From Candidatus Kapaibacterium sp. (GTDB taxonomy: Bacteria; Bacteroidota; Ignavibacteria; Kapaibacteriales; NICIL-2), in contig JAEUSO010000002.1 in the NCBI GenBank assembly GCA_016788605.1, positions 1-37,893 of the forward strand: a stretch of DNA of 37,893 nucleotides. Reading direction: 5' to 3'. The position numbers and the translations under genes were made by a program. This document shows, in pieces, positions 26,949-36,785 of this stretch; position 1 is the first letter of the stretch; each line of letters opens with the position of its first letter. The notes under the pieces are model-generated. The model worked only from the letters and a program-made list of their open reading frames with translations, was not told the DNA's origin and did no database searches.

Positions 26949-27608
26949 CTACTCCGTTACCACGCGCCAGAGCGTGTGTCCGCTTGCGTGGTATTTTGAT
27001 TCGAAGGGGGAAAGGTATGATGTCGGATTATATGTATGTACATAGGCGGTTCGGTTGGCAATGCGGAGTGCGGCGGCAAATTCTTCCGCATAGATGCGCC
27101 AGTTGGTGCGAAGCTCGATGCGCGTGCTGATGCGGAGCAGTGTGGGGAAGACCGGGTGTGCGTGCCACCGGCGCAGAAGATGATGTGGCTTGGGCGATGG
27201 GTTGGGATAGAGAAGATAATGCGTGTTGATGCATATACCGTCGAGTGCAAGCAGCCGCCACACGTCTTCGGCTGCGCCGCGTAGGAGCAGGACTGTTTCC
27301 CCTCCGCTGTGATGAGCGGTTTTCGAGAGCCGGTGCAGCGAGCGGTCGAATCCGATAACGAACGAACCTTGATGAAGTTCAGCCAAACGGTACGAACTTT
27401 CGCCTGTGCCGCAGCAACTGTCAAGCACGATTGGTACGCCACTGTGCATTGCTTCGATAATGCGTTCGCGGACGCGGGCGTACTCGCTTGCGGTATGGGC
27501 GGCAATGGGGCGCAAGTACGGTGTGCGCAGGTGCTTCGCCACTATGCGCGTAAGCTGCGGGTGAATATCCGTTTGCGACGACTCTACCTCTGTGCTGTTT
27601 CCGTACAC
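26949..27608 (-). CDS. SAM-dependent methyltransferase, TrmB-like (tRNA m7G46 methyltransferase family)
   Basis: The SAM motif is IVLDSCCGTGESSYRLA. LYPNPSPKPHHLLRRWH corresponds to TrmB FPDPWPKKRHHKRR. The C-terminus is SPFESKYHASGH. Confidence 0.75.
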   Translation of the reverse strand: MYGNSTEVESSQTDIHPQLTRIVAKHLRTPYLRPIAAHTASEYARVRERIIEAMHSGVPIVLDSCCGTGESSYRLAELHQGSFVIGFDRSLHRLSKTAHHSGGETVLLLRGAAEDVWRLLALDGICINTHYLLYPNPSPKPHHLLRRWHAHPVFPTLLRISTRIELRTNWRIYAEEFAAALRIANRTAYVHTYNPTSYLSPFESKYHASGHTLWRVVTE

Positions 27609-27624
27609 TGGTGTTCCGTCCGTT

Positions 27625-28575
27625 TTAGATACTTAGGGCAAGCATACGCTCGAGCGGCAACCGTGCGCGTTCGAGCAGTGCTGCGTCCATCGTTATCTGC
27701 GGCTCGCCGTCCGCCATGCAGCGGTGGAGTTTTTCCAATGTGTTGCGCTTCATATACGGGCATTCGTTGCAGTTACAATTTTCCGCCATCGGCAGCGCGG
27801 GAATGAACGTCTTGTGCGGCGATGCTTTTTCCATCTGATAGAGTATTCCCGCCTCGGTTGCAACGATGAATTTCTGGACGGGCGATTCCTTTGTATAGCG
27901 GAGTAATGCACTTGTCGAACCGATAAACTGCGCCCGCCGGAGCAGTGGCTCTTCACATTCGGGATGAGCGATGAGTTCGGCATCGGGATGTTCCAACATC
28001 TGCTGCTCTATCTTGCGCTCGCTGAATGTTTCATGCACAATGCACGCACCCTGCCATAGCACCATGTCGCGTCCTGTTTTGCGCGAAAGGTATGCACCCA
28101 AGTTGCGGTCGGGCGCAAAGATGATTGGCGTTGATTCGGGAACGCTGCGAATCATCCGCTCGGCGTTGCTGCTTGTGCAAATTATGTCGCTCAACGCTTT
28201 CACGTCCGCCGTGCAGTTGATGTAGCTTATCACGGTATGGTCGGGGTGCGCTTCGCGGAATGCGCGGAACTTGTCGGCGGGCGCGCTGTCGGCAAGCGAA
28301 CAACCCGCGCTGAGGTCGGGTAGCAAAACACGTTTATCCGGGTTGAGGATTTTTGCAGTTTCCGCCATAAAGTGAACGCCGCAGAACACAATTACATCCG
28401 CATCGGTGCTTTGCGCTTTGCGGGCAAGCTCCAAACTGTCGCCCACAAAATCGGCGAGTTCCTGAATCTCGGAGTATTGGTAATAGTGGGCAAGGATGAC
28501 GGCATTCATCTCGCGCTTCAACCGGAGGATTTCCTCGATACGCTCTGTGTCGGTAATTCGGGTGGTTGTTGTCAT
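27625..28575 (-). CDS. nadA: Quinolinate synthase NadA
   Basis: Motifs are [70 protein letters not shown] and NCNECPYMK. Start chosen at ATG 28575. A TATTTGCG box (minus strand, 28605-28612) lies 29 nt upstream. Confidence 0.92.
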   Translation of the reverse strand: MTTTTRITDTERIEEILRLKREMNAVILAHYYQYSEIQELADFVGDSLELARKAQSTDADVIVFCGVHFMAETAKILNPDKRVLLPDLSAGCSLADSAPADKFRAFREAHPDHTVISYINCTADVKALSDIICTSSNAERMIRSVPESTPIIFAPDRNLGAYLSRKTGRDMVLWQGACIVHETFSERKIEQQMLEHPDAELIAHPECEEPLLRRAQFIGSTSALLRYTKESPVQKFIVATEAGILYQMEKASPHKTFIPALPMAENCNCNECPYMKRNTLEKLHRCMADGEPQITMDAALLERARLPLERMLALSI

Positions 28576-28754
28576 GGGGAAACGGGTTGTGTGTTGCATC
28601 TCGGCGCAAATATGCCACACCGCCGTGCAACAAGCAATGCCGCGTTATTAACATATCACATCACATTCATTGTAGATTCACCATTGCACGGAGAGTTTTG
28701 CACCCGACGCAGCAGCAGCGTGGATACTTCGCAGAATAATCACCGCATCAAAGA

Positions 28755-29144
28755 ATGCAAACAGCACCCGCACCATTACAATCATTCATCATGTTTTTGC
28801 ACCATGCACGGCATAGCATTGTGTCGTCGGTGGGCGGTTCACCCGCAGCGTTCGCTTCACGTGTTCAGCCGCAGCAGGGTTCGCGCCTTGTCATACTTGA
28901 TGCAGTGAAGATTATCGCCATGATAATGATGATGCAGGGGCATACGCTCGACGCACTTGTTGCTCCTGCGCAACTCGATATCACCACGTATCCGTGGAAT
29001 ATCTGGCATTTGCTGCGCGGATTCACCGCACCGGTATTCCTGACCGTATCGGGAATGCTCTTTGCCCTGACGTTGAAGCGCGGTGCGGATGGCAGAGTGC
29101 CCGATGTTCTTGCAATGAAACGTATCCGCTGGGCGGGAATGTAG
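28755..29144 (+). pseudogene. 5' fragment of an acyltransferase-3-type membrane protein gene (truncated)
   Basis: RLVILDAVKIIAMIMMMQGH and APVFLTVSGMLFAL match the first two conserved blocks of the acyltransferase_3 family, whose members are normally more than 330 aa. The frame stops at 29144, exactly where composition turns AT-rich. The start codon is uncertain (28755 or 28791). Confidence 0.55.
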
Positions 29145-29491
29145 AACATAGTTTCCTCCTTTTTCACAGTATTACCAGTACGTCCTGATTTGGGAAGCAA
29201 GAATTCTTTTGTATAGTCCTTACCGTCCATAGTAACAGTTGACTGTGACTTCCACACACCCGACATTCCTTCACCGAAATACCACTCCAATATCTTATCT
29301 GTATCCTTCGACCAAACATAGCTGTATTGCTCTAATGTTTTACGGATATGATGCTTATCAACAAGCAGTTTCATGAGCTGGATAAATATACTTTTTCCGC
29401 TTGCCTGCTGACCAACAAGTACTGTCAGATCACCAAACTCAACGTGTGCCTCGGCAATTGGACCGAATGATTCAAGAGTCACATTTTTCAT
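29126..29491 (-). pseudogene. 5' fragment of an SMC/ABC-type AAA ATPase gene (AAA_15/AAA_21-like), truncated
   Basis: MKNVTLESFGPIAEAHVEFGDLTVLVGQQASGKSIFIQLMKLL contains a Walker A (GQQASGKS), continuing to ...ETMFYIPAQR. No Walker B or C-terminal half is present. Below ~29145 the open frame only reads through the antisense of the GC-rich acyltransferase fragment. The lower boundary is approximate. Confidence 0.6.
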
Positions 29492-29645
29492 TATGTATTG
29501 CTATAGTTTTTGTGTAAAACTCCACACAATCCACTCGCTCAAAAATAGATAGTTTAATCAACACATCACGGATTCTTTCCATTCACCGACCGTTCACTGG
29601 ATATAATGAACGGACTATGAGTCAATCCTTCCGTAAGTTCCCGCC

Positions 29646-30899
29646 ATGATACGATTATCTCCACATCATCCGGCGCGGCTGATGGTGATTGCCGCCGCCT
29701 GTGTTACTGTGTTGCGATGTGCCGCCGTACTTGTCGCAGGTACGGATGCAATTCATTCTGCCGAGGATTATCTGATTGCAACGAATATTGCCGCTGGGAA
29801 TGGCTACTGCATGGTGGCGGGCATTCCGACAGCCGTGAAAGCTCCGTTCGTTCCTTTGATACTTAGCGTGTTCTGCTTGACAGCAGGTACGCTTGCGCCG
29901 TTGGTGATTGTCCTTGTTCAGCACTGCTTGATGTCTGTTGCAGCATATATGCTCTTCGCTATGTGCAGGAGCATAATGAGTGAACGTGCCGCTCTTATTG
30001 CAGGGATTCTTTTCCTCATCCATCCAAGTTACCTTGTGTATCCGTTCACCATCGAATCAACACCGTGGTTCATCTTTATGAGCATATTGATGCTGCGGTG
30101 GTTCGCAGTACAATGGAATCAGCGCGGTTCGACCTTTGGTGCATATCTGACAGGTGGAGTGCTTAGTGCATTGGTGTATCTCACGCAACCTTTAGTATTG
30201 CCATTGCTTGGGATTCTGTGGTACAATTTTTTACGTAGCCGGATTGGTGTTCCCGTCCGAAGAATGCTTGTTACAGCGGCGGTATTTGTTGTTTGTATTT
30301 CACCGTGGGTTGTTCGGAATGCCGTTGAGTTCGGTGCGTTTATTCCCGCAAAGTCGGGCTTCTGGCTCAACTTCTACACAGGTTATGATATGAAGAGCCA
30401 CGGTGTTGCAGAATATGCCGTACTTCCACCAACCAGAGTGACCGAGATTGATTCGCTTGAAACCCTCACTGATGATGTCCGGATGGAACGGCATTACCGC
30501 CGTGCATTCATGGATGTGGTCCAATCACAACCTGATATGTATCTGAAAAAGACGGCAGTGCAATTCATCCGCTACTGGACGCTCCCACCGCGCTACATAA
30601 CCAATGGTGTCATATTATCATCCGTTGCAGTTCGCATCATTCCTCAACTGCTCTTGATGGTCATCATCCTATCCGCCACACCGTATCTCTGGAAACATTA
30701 CCGATGGCTGTGCATTGCGGTTATGATTGGTACTCTCTATTTCACATGTGTCTATTCGCTGACGCATACAACCAATATCAGGTTCAAACTTGATTCGGAA
30801 TGGATGTTGATTCCTCTTGCCGGTGTGGCTGCGGAGGGTATCATTTCACAATACTCAATGAGTGCTACCCGTCCCGGTCTAGAGGAAAGCGAATCGTGA
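29646..30899 (+). CDS. GT39/ArnT-like (PMT_2) integral-membrane glycosyltransferase
   Basis: The protein is polytopic and hydrophobic. The first-loop motif SAEDYLIATNIAAGNGY matches the D/E..Y...A.....G.GY signature of the ArnT/PMT family. Confidence 0.75.
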   Translation: MIRLSPHHPARLMVIAAACVTVLRCAAVLVAGTDAIHSAEDYLIATNIAAGNGYCMVAGIPTAVKAPFVPLILSVFCLTAGTLAPLVIVLVQHCLMSVAAYMLFAMCRSIMSERAALIAGILFLIHPSYLVYPFTIESTPWFIFMSILMLRWFAVQWNQRGSTFGAYLTGGVLSALVYLTQPLVLPLLGILWYNFLRSRIGVPVRRMLVTAAVFVVCISPWVVRNAVEFGAFIPAKSGFWLNFYTGYDMKSHGVAEYAVLPPTRVTEIDSLETLTDDVRMERHYRRAFMDVVQSQPDMYLKKTAVQFIRYWTLPPRYITNGVILSSVAVRIIPQLLLMVIILSATPYLWKHYRWLCIAVMIGTLYFTCVYSLTHTTNIRFKLDSEWMLIPLAGVAAEGIISQYSMSATRPGLEESES

Positions 30900-33800
30900 C
30901 TTTCGTCCCTGAAGCGCTGCCGTCAGGCGCGTGCAAATCATCAATCATAACACTAATGTGTTCCGATGCCTTCCGGTCTTCGTTCAGCAAGCCGACGCGC
31001 TCGGTTGTTGAGGTTATGCCAACGGATGTCGTAGGCAAATTCAGTAAACGTGTTTTTTCCCGCGCCGCTGCACGACCAACACCATCGTCACGTATGATGC
31101 AATGCAACGCACCGCTATTCACACTAAACTCCACCGTCACTGTTCCGGGTGTGGTTTTATGGAAAATGCCATGGCGAATCGAGTTCTCGACAAAGGGTTG
31201 CACTATCATCGAGGGGACGGTCAGTTCGTCGGCGGGTACATCGGGAGCAACGGTAATTGTATAATTGAGTTTGCTGCCATAACGAAGTTGCTCCAAATCA
31301 AGATAGAGCCGCAACCAGTCCACTTCTGTTTTCAGTGAATGCACTGGATGGATGGTGCTTTCAAGCGAAGCGCGGACGAGCTTTGCAAAGCTGCCTAATG
31401 CACGGACGGCGTTGTCCACATCACCTTCCAAAATCAGCCGCTGCACCGAGTTCAGTGCGTTGAACATAAAGTGCGGGTTCATCTGTGCGCGGAGCGATTG
31501 CATTTGTGACGCCACAAGCGCACGGCGTTGTTCGGCACGTCGCGTTTTGGTTCGCACATAGAAGAATACACCGGCTCCAACTCCGCCAAGTACCAGCAAG
31601 AATGCCATAATGCGCGCCCACCATGTTCCCCACCATGGCGGGTTGATGATAACCGTAATGCTTAAGCCCGCATCATTCCAAACGTCGTCACTATTTGCAG
31701 CGCGGATATGTAGCGTGTATGTGCCGGGTTGCAGATTGGCATACGATGCCGTTCGCCGGTATTCGTCATTCAGCCAACCGCTTTCAACACCGTGCATGTA
31801 ATGCTGATACCGGTTCGCAAGCGAGTTGGCATAATTCAATGCCGCAAAGATGAAACTGATACTGTTCTGTGTATGGCTGAGTTCGATAGTATCTCCTGAT
31901 TGTACCTCATTGCGCTGCTCGATTCCATTAATATCAAACCTGCTGATGACGACAGGCGGCATCGCCCCGTAGGATTGTAAATCGCGTGGATAGAATAACG
32001 TCAGTCCGTTGTATCCGCCGAAGAGCATCCGTCCGTCGGGCAGGCGTTCCACACATTTGAACGTGTATTCATCGCCTTGGAATCCGTCGCTCGCCCGAAG
32101 CACGCGGAAGAGGTTCGACCCCAAGCGGAATTGCACCACGCCGTCGTAGGATGTAGCCCAAATGTTTGCATCGCCGTCGTTGATTAATCCGGTAAGCGAG
32201 GTTGTGGGCAAGCCGTCGCTGACGGAGACCGACTCAAAGTCGTCGGTAGCCGGTCGGTAGATGCTGATGCCGTCACCGTAACACATCACAAGCATTCGCT
32301 TCTTTGCATCGGCGGTGATTGTCCAGACGTTGTTTCCGCAGAGCGTATATGGTTTGTTGATGTCGGCTTTATAGGTGCGGAACTCGCGTCGCGTCGCATC
32401 CCACCGTGCAAGTCCACCCTCTGTTCCGACCCACAGAATCCCCGATATATCCTGAAAGAGCGACCACACGCGGTTATCGGAAAGTGAATGATGCTGCGCT
32501 GTTTTCATAGTGTGGCGAATGGCATGAGCAGCGCCGCGTTTCCATTCGTAGAGTCCGTCGCCGTTCGTGCCTATCCACAACGTGCCTGCATTATCGCGTA
32601 GCAACGACCATACTTTTTGCGGATACCGTCGTTTCCAGATTGGAGAAAATCCGCCGACTGTTTCAACACTGTCTGTGTAGCAATCGCGCAGTATGCGTTT
32701 CTCCTCGTCAAGCCGGTACAGCCCGCTATTGGTTGCAACAAGAATGCCGCCGTCGGGGTCGTTGTAGATGATATTCACCCGGAAGCTTTTCGACTGAACT
32801 CGCATTATACTGTCAATCAGCGTAACGGAAAGATTCTTCACCGTATTACCATCAAGGATATTCAACCCGGTGGTTGTGGCTATGTACGTTGTTCCCCGAG
32901 GTGTTGTGCATGTCGAGCGTACATAATTGTCGTTCAGCGACGTTGGATCGAGCGGGTTTTTGCGGATGGTTGTCACCCGTTGCTCTTGCTCCACAATTTT
33001 CACCAATCCTTGTGCAGTGCCGCACCAATACACACCTTTCGAAGTGCGGTCGGCTGTCATGCAGCGGACTTCGGGACGCACAGGCAGGAACTGCGATACC
33101 ACATTATATGATGAACTTCGTTTCAGCGAATCGGTTGGTAAGAATGGGACGGTATAGTGCGGTGCAAGTGTTACCGACTTTGCAGTATTCAACGTGCGTA
33201 TGCCAAACCATAACCGTCCACTTGTCTCCTGCATCATGGGTTTCATCATCAGCAGCGAATCGCCTGTTTGCCTGATTGGCGGATAGGCGGGCATCTCGAC
33301 AACGGTTAGTGATGTAAGATTCACCCGCGCAATGTTCAACGGAGTTTCGGCGGTTGCACTCACGGTGAATTCTTCAGCAGAGTTACGGTGAAACCACGTG
33401 AGGTGCGGAAAACCAAGCGTGACGGGAAGCACTTTGATTCGTTGCACCCCACTTGCAATATCAATTGCACACACGGTATTGCCGCCGGTTGCGAATAACA
33501 TCGTTGCAGCGTTGTGTGCATAGAGTGCAAAGATGCTCCGGTACGGTGTGGTAATTGCGATGTCCTCGAACTTGTTCGACGTGCTGTTGTAGCGAACCAA
33601 TCCCGATGGCGTTCCAACCCACACCCTGCCCGATGAATCACAGGCAAGTGCAGTAATGTGCGATTCGTCAAGACCGCTGCCCGATTCTGGCGTAAAGCGC
33701 GTCCATACTCCCGTCCGGCGTTGCAAACGGAATAACCCTTCCGACTGCGAGCCAACCCAGATGTTACCCTGTTTATCTTCGGTGATACATGTTACAATGG

Positions 33801-34068
33801 TTGCCGCTGTTGTAATCGTGTCGTTCGAGCGGCGGCGATAGACCTTAAACTCATAACCGTCGAATCGCGTCAGACCGAGCGTTGTGCCAATCCAGATGTA
33901 TCCGCGCGAGTCCTGATACAAACAGTTCACCACGTTATGCGGAAGCCCCTCCGCCTTACCGTAGAAGGTGGTGCGGAACGACGAGGGCACGCCTGCATCC
34001 GCCCGCATACAGAATACTGTTTGCAGAATAACAATGATGGCGGAGATACGTACGGCTTGTTGCAACAT
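30865..34068 (-). CDS. Sensor histidine kinase: signal peptide, two-component-regulator propeller repeats, Y_Y_Y domain, TM segment, LytS/YehU-type His_kinase plus HATPase
   Basis: Repeated ..G.IW(I/V)GT..GL motifs are present. The TM segment is WWARIMAFLLVLGGVGAGVFFYV. The kinase motif is LRAQMNPHFMFNALNSVQ, and a C-terminal HATPase follows (VENSIRHG..GVGR..). No receiver domain is present. Confidence 0.9.
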   Translation of the reverse strand: MLQQAVRISAIIVILQTVFCMRADAGVPSSFRTTFYGKAEGLPHNVVNCLYQDSRGYIWIGTTLGLTRFDGYEFKVYRRRSNDTITTAATIVTCITEDKQGNIWVGSQSEGLFRLQRRTGVWTRFTPESGSGLDESHITALACDSSGRVWVGTPSGLVRYNSTSNKFEDIAITTPYRSIFALYAHNAATMLFATGGNTVCAIDIASGVQRIKVLPVTLGFPHLTWFHRNSAEEFTVSATAETPLNIARVNLTSLTVVEMPAYPPIRQTGDSLLMMKPMMQETSGRLWFGIRTLNTAKSVTLAPHYTVPFLPTDSLKRSSSYNVVSQFLPVRPEVRCMTADRTSKGVYWCGTAQGLVKIVEQEQRVTTIRKNPLDPTSLNDNYVRSTCTTPRGTTYIATTTGLNILDGNTVKNLSVTLIDSIMRVQSKSFRVNIIYNDPDGGILVATNSGLYRLDEEKRILRDCYTDSVETVGGFSPIWKRRYPQKVWSLLRDNAGTLWIGTNGDGLYEWKRGAAHAIRHTMKTAQHHSLSDNRVWSLFQDISGILWVGTEGGLARWDATRREFRTYKADINKPYTLCGNNVWTITADAKKRMLVMCYGDGISIYRPATDDFESVSVSDGLPTTSLTGLINDGDANIWATSYDGVVQFRLGSNLFRVLRASDGFQGDEYTFKCVERLPDGRMLFGGYNGLTLFYPRDLQSYGAMPPVVISRFDINGIEQRNEVQSGDTIELSHTQNSISFIFAALNYANSLANRYQHYMHGVESGWLNDEYRRTASYANLQPGTYTLHIRAANSDDVWNDAGLSITVIINPPWWGTWWARIMAFLLVLGGVGAGVFFYVRTKTRRAEQRRALVASQMQSLRAQMNPHFMFNALNSVQRLILEGDVDNAVRALGSFAKLVRASLESTIHPVHSLKTEVDWLRLYLDLEQLRYGSKLNYTITVAPDVPADELTVPSMIVQPFVENSIRHGIFHKTTPGTVTVEFSVNSGALHCIIRDDGVGRAAAREKTRLLNLPTTSVGITSTTERVGLLNEDRKASEHISVMIDDLHAPDGSASGTKVTIRFPLDRDG

Positions 34069-34147
34069 TGCGATTCAAAGAATTGTATGCGGCGAAGATA
34101 ACAATAGTTTGTACCCGATATGATTTTGCGGCTCAATCCATATCCCA

Positions 34148-34156
34148 TAAGTTGCA
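34148..34156 (+). promoter_or_regulatory. Candidate -7 box TAAGTTGCA upstream of the 34188 gene
   Basis: It ends 31 nt upstream of ATG 34188, which supports the internal start with a signal peptide. Confidence 0.3.
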
Positions 34157-34187
34157 CCATAACCACGAGAGGAATCATCAGTTCATA

Positions 34188-34922
34188 ATGAGAATCAGCT
34201 ATCAACACACAGTATCGTTCCTGCGGTCGGCATTCTGTATCATCACGTGCCTCTGTGCCGCGCCGCTACAATCACAAGACAAGACAAGCGCGCAACCGTA
34301 CCTGAATTACCCTGCGCCGTATTCCACTTTCGATTCACAGATCAGTATCGGCACACATATCACGTTTGTTCCGCGCCCAATAACCGAAGAGGAAATCGGA
34401 CAGATTCCCGCGCTGAACATCCACACGCGGCTGGGCTTGCCACTGGGATTCGGGGCGCAGTTGCGCGGCGGCACAAACTACCTGACCAACTTTGCCGCAC
34501 TCGGCGGCATGTGGGGATTCTCCGCCGGTCGGCTTGCCGTCGGGATTGGCGATGATGTCAGTTTATGGTACGGGCGCGCCGTCTTCGATGCGTTCGATGT
34601 GGATGCCGTTGGTTGGCTGAACAGCCCATACATCAGTGCCGGTTTTGACTTCGGCAATGTGATGCTGACAGCCCGCGCCGAACTGCTTTTTGTTACATCA
34701 CGCACAACCCGTTCGGGTGATATTGAAATTGCTAGCGACCGCAATCTGTTTTCAGGCGGCGCGCTCTCACTCTGGCTTGAACAGCCGTTCTTCGGCTCAA
34801 CCCATTTGATTCTCGGGCTCAAACTCAACCGGCTCTCGTCGGCATATCAAACGTGGCTCGCATTCTCCACCTTCCGCGACGCACTGCTCTATCCTGAATT
34901 TTCTGCGGAGATACTGTTATGA
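34188..34922 (+). CDS. Hypothetical exported (outer-membrane-like) protein
   Basis: Start chosen at ATG 34188 (MRISYQHTVSFLRSAFCIITCLCAAPLQSQ, a signal peptide). The sequence is beta-rich and Gly/aromatic-rich. The stop overlaps the next start (ATGA at 34919-34922). Confidence 0.7.
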   Translation: MRISYQHTVSFLRSAFCIITCLCAAPLQSQDKTSAQPYLNYPAPYSTFDSQISIGTHITFVPRPITEEEIGQIPALNIHTRLGLPLGFGAQLRGGTNYLTNFAALGGMWGFSAGRLAVGIGDDVSLWYGRAVFDAFDVDAVGWLNSPYISAGFDFGNVMLTARAELLFVTSRTTRSGDIEIASDRNLFSGGALSLWLEQPFFGSTHLILGLKLNRLSSAYQTWLAFSTFRDALLYPEFSAEILL

Positions 34923-36166
34923 TGCGCCATACTATTCTGATTGCATCGTTGTGTCTATCAGTGCTCTCGCTCTCGTGCGGAACAGAGTTGCAGGTGATTG
35001 TCCCCGATGTGGAATCGCTGCAATACCTTGACGGTACAACGCCCGTACCAATCGGTCAGCGCCGCCTTCTTGAAGGTATCTTTCAGATTGACGATGCGTC
35101 GCAACGCTTCGGGACGACAGTGGTGCTGAAACACGACGGAGAAACACTCTCGATGTTCAGCGCGAGAAATGTCTCCTACATGGTGCTGCAATCAGGCATC
35201 AAGGATTCCACTATCCGCTTTGCGGGATACTGGCGGTTTGCACAAGGCAGCGAGACGGGACTTTGCATTTTGGAAATCAGCCCCGACGACGGCGCACGCG
35301 ACATCCTAAATGGACAGCGACCGAAATCGCTGACGTTGCGTGGATTTACCGGTGGTCCAAGCGAGCGTCCGCGCATACCCGTCACCATGAAATATCAAAG
35401 GGCGATCAAGGCGCGAACCGGCGGATTCTGGATTATCGCGCATCGCGGCGGCGGACGGAACAGCGACCGGCTTCCCTATTCCGAGAACTCGCTCGAACTC
35501 ATCCGCTATGCAAGCAAACTCGGCGCGAACGGCGTTGAGATTGACATCAAACTCACCAAAGACCGCGTGCCGATTCTCTACCACGATGCCACGTTCAACA
35601 CACGGCTTGTAGATGGCGAATATCTTGTCGGCGATATTGCCAACTACACCTATCCGCAAATCCTCGCGTTAGGCACATTGAAGAACGGCGAAAAGATTCC
35701 GACGTTGGAAGAATCGCTCAAAACAATCGTCGAGAGAACACTGCTGAGTTATGTGTGGCTTGATGTGAAAGACGTAACGGCAATGGACACCATCATTGCA
35801 TTACAAAGGAAATACCTCGCCTATGCCGCAAGCAAAGGTCGCCAGCTTGAAATTGCCTTCGGCTTGCCCGACGAAACACTCTATAACAGGTTTCGAGAGC
35901 GAAGCGATTACAGCAACATTCCCTCTATCTGCGAACTCGGCGTTGAGCAAACACGCACCGTCAATGCAACCGTCTATGCGCCGCGCTGGACGTTAGGTAC
36001 ACAGCCCGATATTGTGAAGGATATGCAGAAAGAAAAACGGCGGTGTTTTGTCTGGACGCTCGACCAGCCCGAATTCATCGTCAAGTACATGCAGGAAGGT
36101 GACTTCGACGGTATCCTGACCAACTACCCTACGCTTGTGGCATATTACCAATACGTGCAACCATGA
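34919..36166 (+). CDS. Glycerophosphodiester phosphodiesterase (GDPD) family lipoprotein with N-terminal extra domain
   Basis: The lipobox is LSVLSLSC. The GDPD core is FWIIAHRGGGRNSD.LPYSENSLELIRYASKLGANGVEIDIKLTKDRVPILYHD. Confidence 0.88.
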   Translation: MMRHTILIASLCLSVLSLSCGTELQVIVPDVESLQYLDGTTPVPIGQRRLLEGIFQIDDASQRFGTTVVLKHDGETLSMFSARNVSYMVLQSGIKDSTIRFAGYWRFAQGSETGLCILEISPDDGARDILNGQRPKSLTLRGFTGGPSERPRIPVTMKYQRAIKARTGGFWIIAHRGGGRNSDRLPYSENSLELIRYASKLGANGVEIDIKLTKDRVPILYHDATFNTRLVDGEYLVGDIANYTYPQILALGTLKNGEKIPTLEESLKTIVERTLLSYVWLDVKDVTAMDTIIALQRKYLAYAASKGRQLEIAFGLPDETLYNRFRERSDYSNIPSICELGVEQTRTVNATVYAPRWTLGTQPDIVKDMQKEKRRCFVWTLDQPEFIVKYMQEGDFDGILTNYPTLVAYYQYVQP

Positions 36167-36765
36167 TGACTACAGTTCGCGCTGCTATCCTTGCTGTAGC
36201 AACATATCTTCTGATGCCGGTGCAAAGCCATGCGGCAAACGATTCGACAGCAAAACAATACCGCGTTATTGTGGCGGCAAGCGGCATCCTCACCGGCTCG
36301 CGCGTGGAACGCTCCACTCTTCCCGACCAAAGCGACTACACCAACAACCTTTTGGGCGGCGCGCTGCGCCTGACATGGCGACCCGAACATCTTGTCGGCA
36401 TTGGCATCGAGGCAACAGTGCTGCCCATATCAACTATGTCGGTGATACAGGACTCGCGCCTACCATCGGGAACAACCATGTCGCTATCGGCAGTGCCGCT
36501 GATGGCGGTGGTGACAATGGAAAAATGGGGCGTTGAAGTCAGCGCGGGTGTTGGCACGTACATCTACACATCACAAGCGCGGCTTGCAGCACAAAAAATA
36601 ACAAGCAGTGATATTGAATCCGGTTGGATGCTTGGCGCGGGCTATGTCTATCCGCTGTCGCGTGCTTTTGCCGTCCATACCGACGTTCGGTTATACTCCA
36701 TTCCGTATCGCGGCGTATCGGTTGCCACCGCAGGTCTCGGCATCCGCTGGCAGGCATGGTATTAA
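36163..36765 (+). CDS. Small outer-membrane beta-barrel protein (OmpW/porin-like, hypothetical)
   Basis: The signal peptide is ..LLMPVQSHA. Amphipathic strands alternate, and the C-terminal GLGIRWQAWY has an aromatic terminus typical of OMPs. The ATG overlaps the GDPD stop (ATGA 36163-36166). Confidence 0.72.
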   Translation: MMTTVRAAILAVATYLLMPVQSHAANDSTAKQYRVIVAASGILTGSRVERSTLPDQSDYTNNLLGGALRLTWRPEHLVGIGIEATVLPISTMSVIQDSRLPSGTTMSLSAVPLMAVVTMEKWGVEVSAGVGTYIYTSQARLAAQKITSSDIESGWMLGAGYVYPLSRAFAVHTDVRLYSIPYRGVSVATAGLGIRWQAWY

Positions 36766-36785
36766 CGGCACCGCACCATCTCCTC

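Noticed and set aside
28865-29125. Lower part of the 208-aa ORF 28865..29491
   Set aside because: This part has GC-rich, low-complexity translation (..SSCAGATSASSVCPCIIIIMAIIF..) antisense to the acyltransferase fragment. Only the AT-rich N-terminal ~120 codons look like genuine ATPase sequence.
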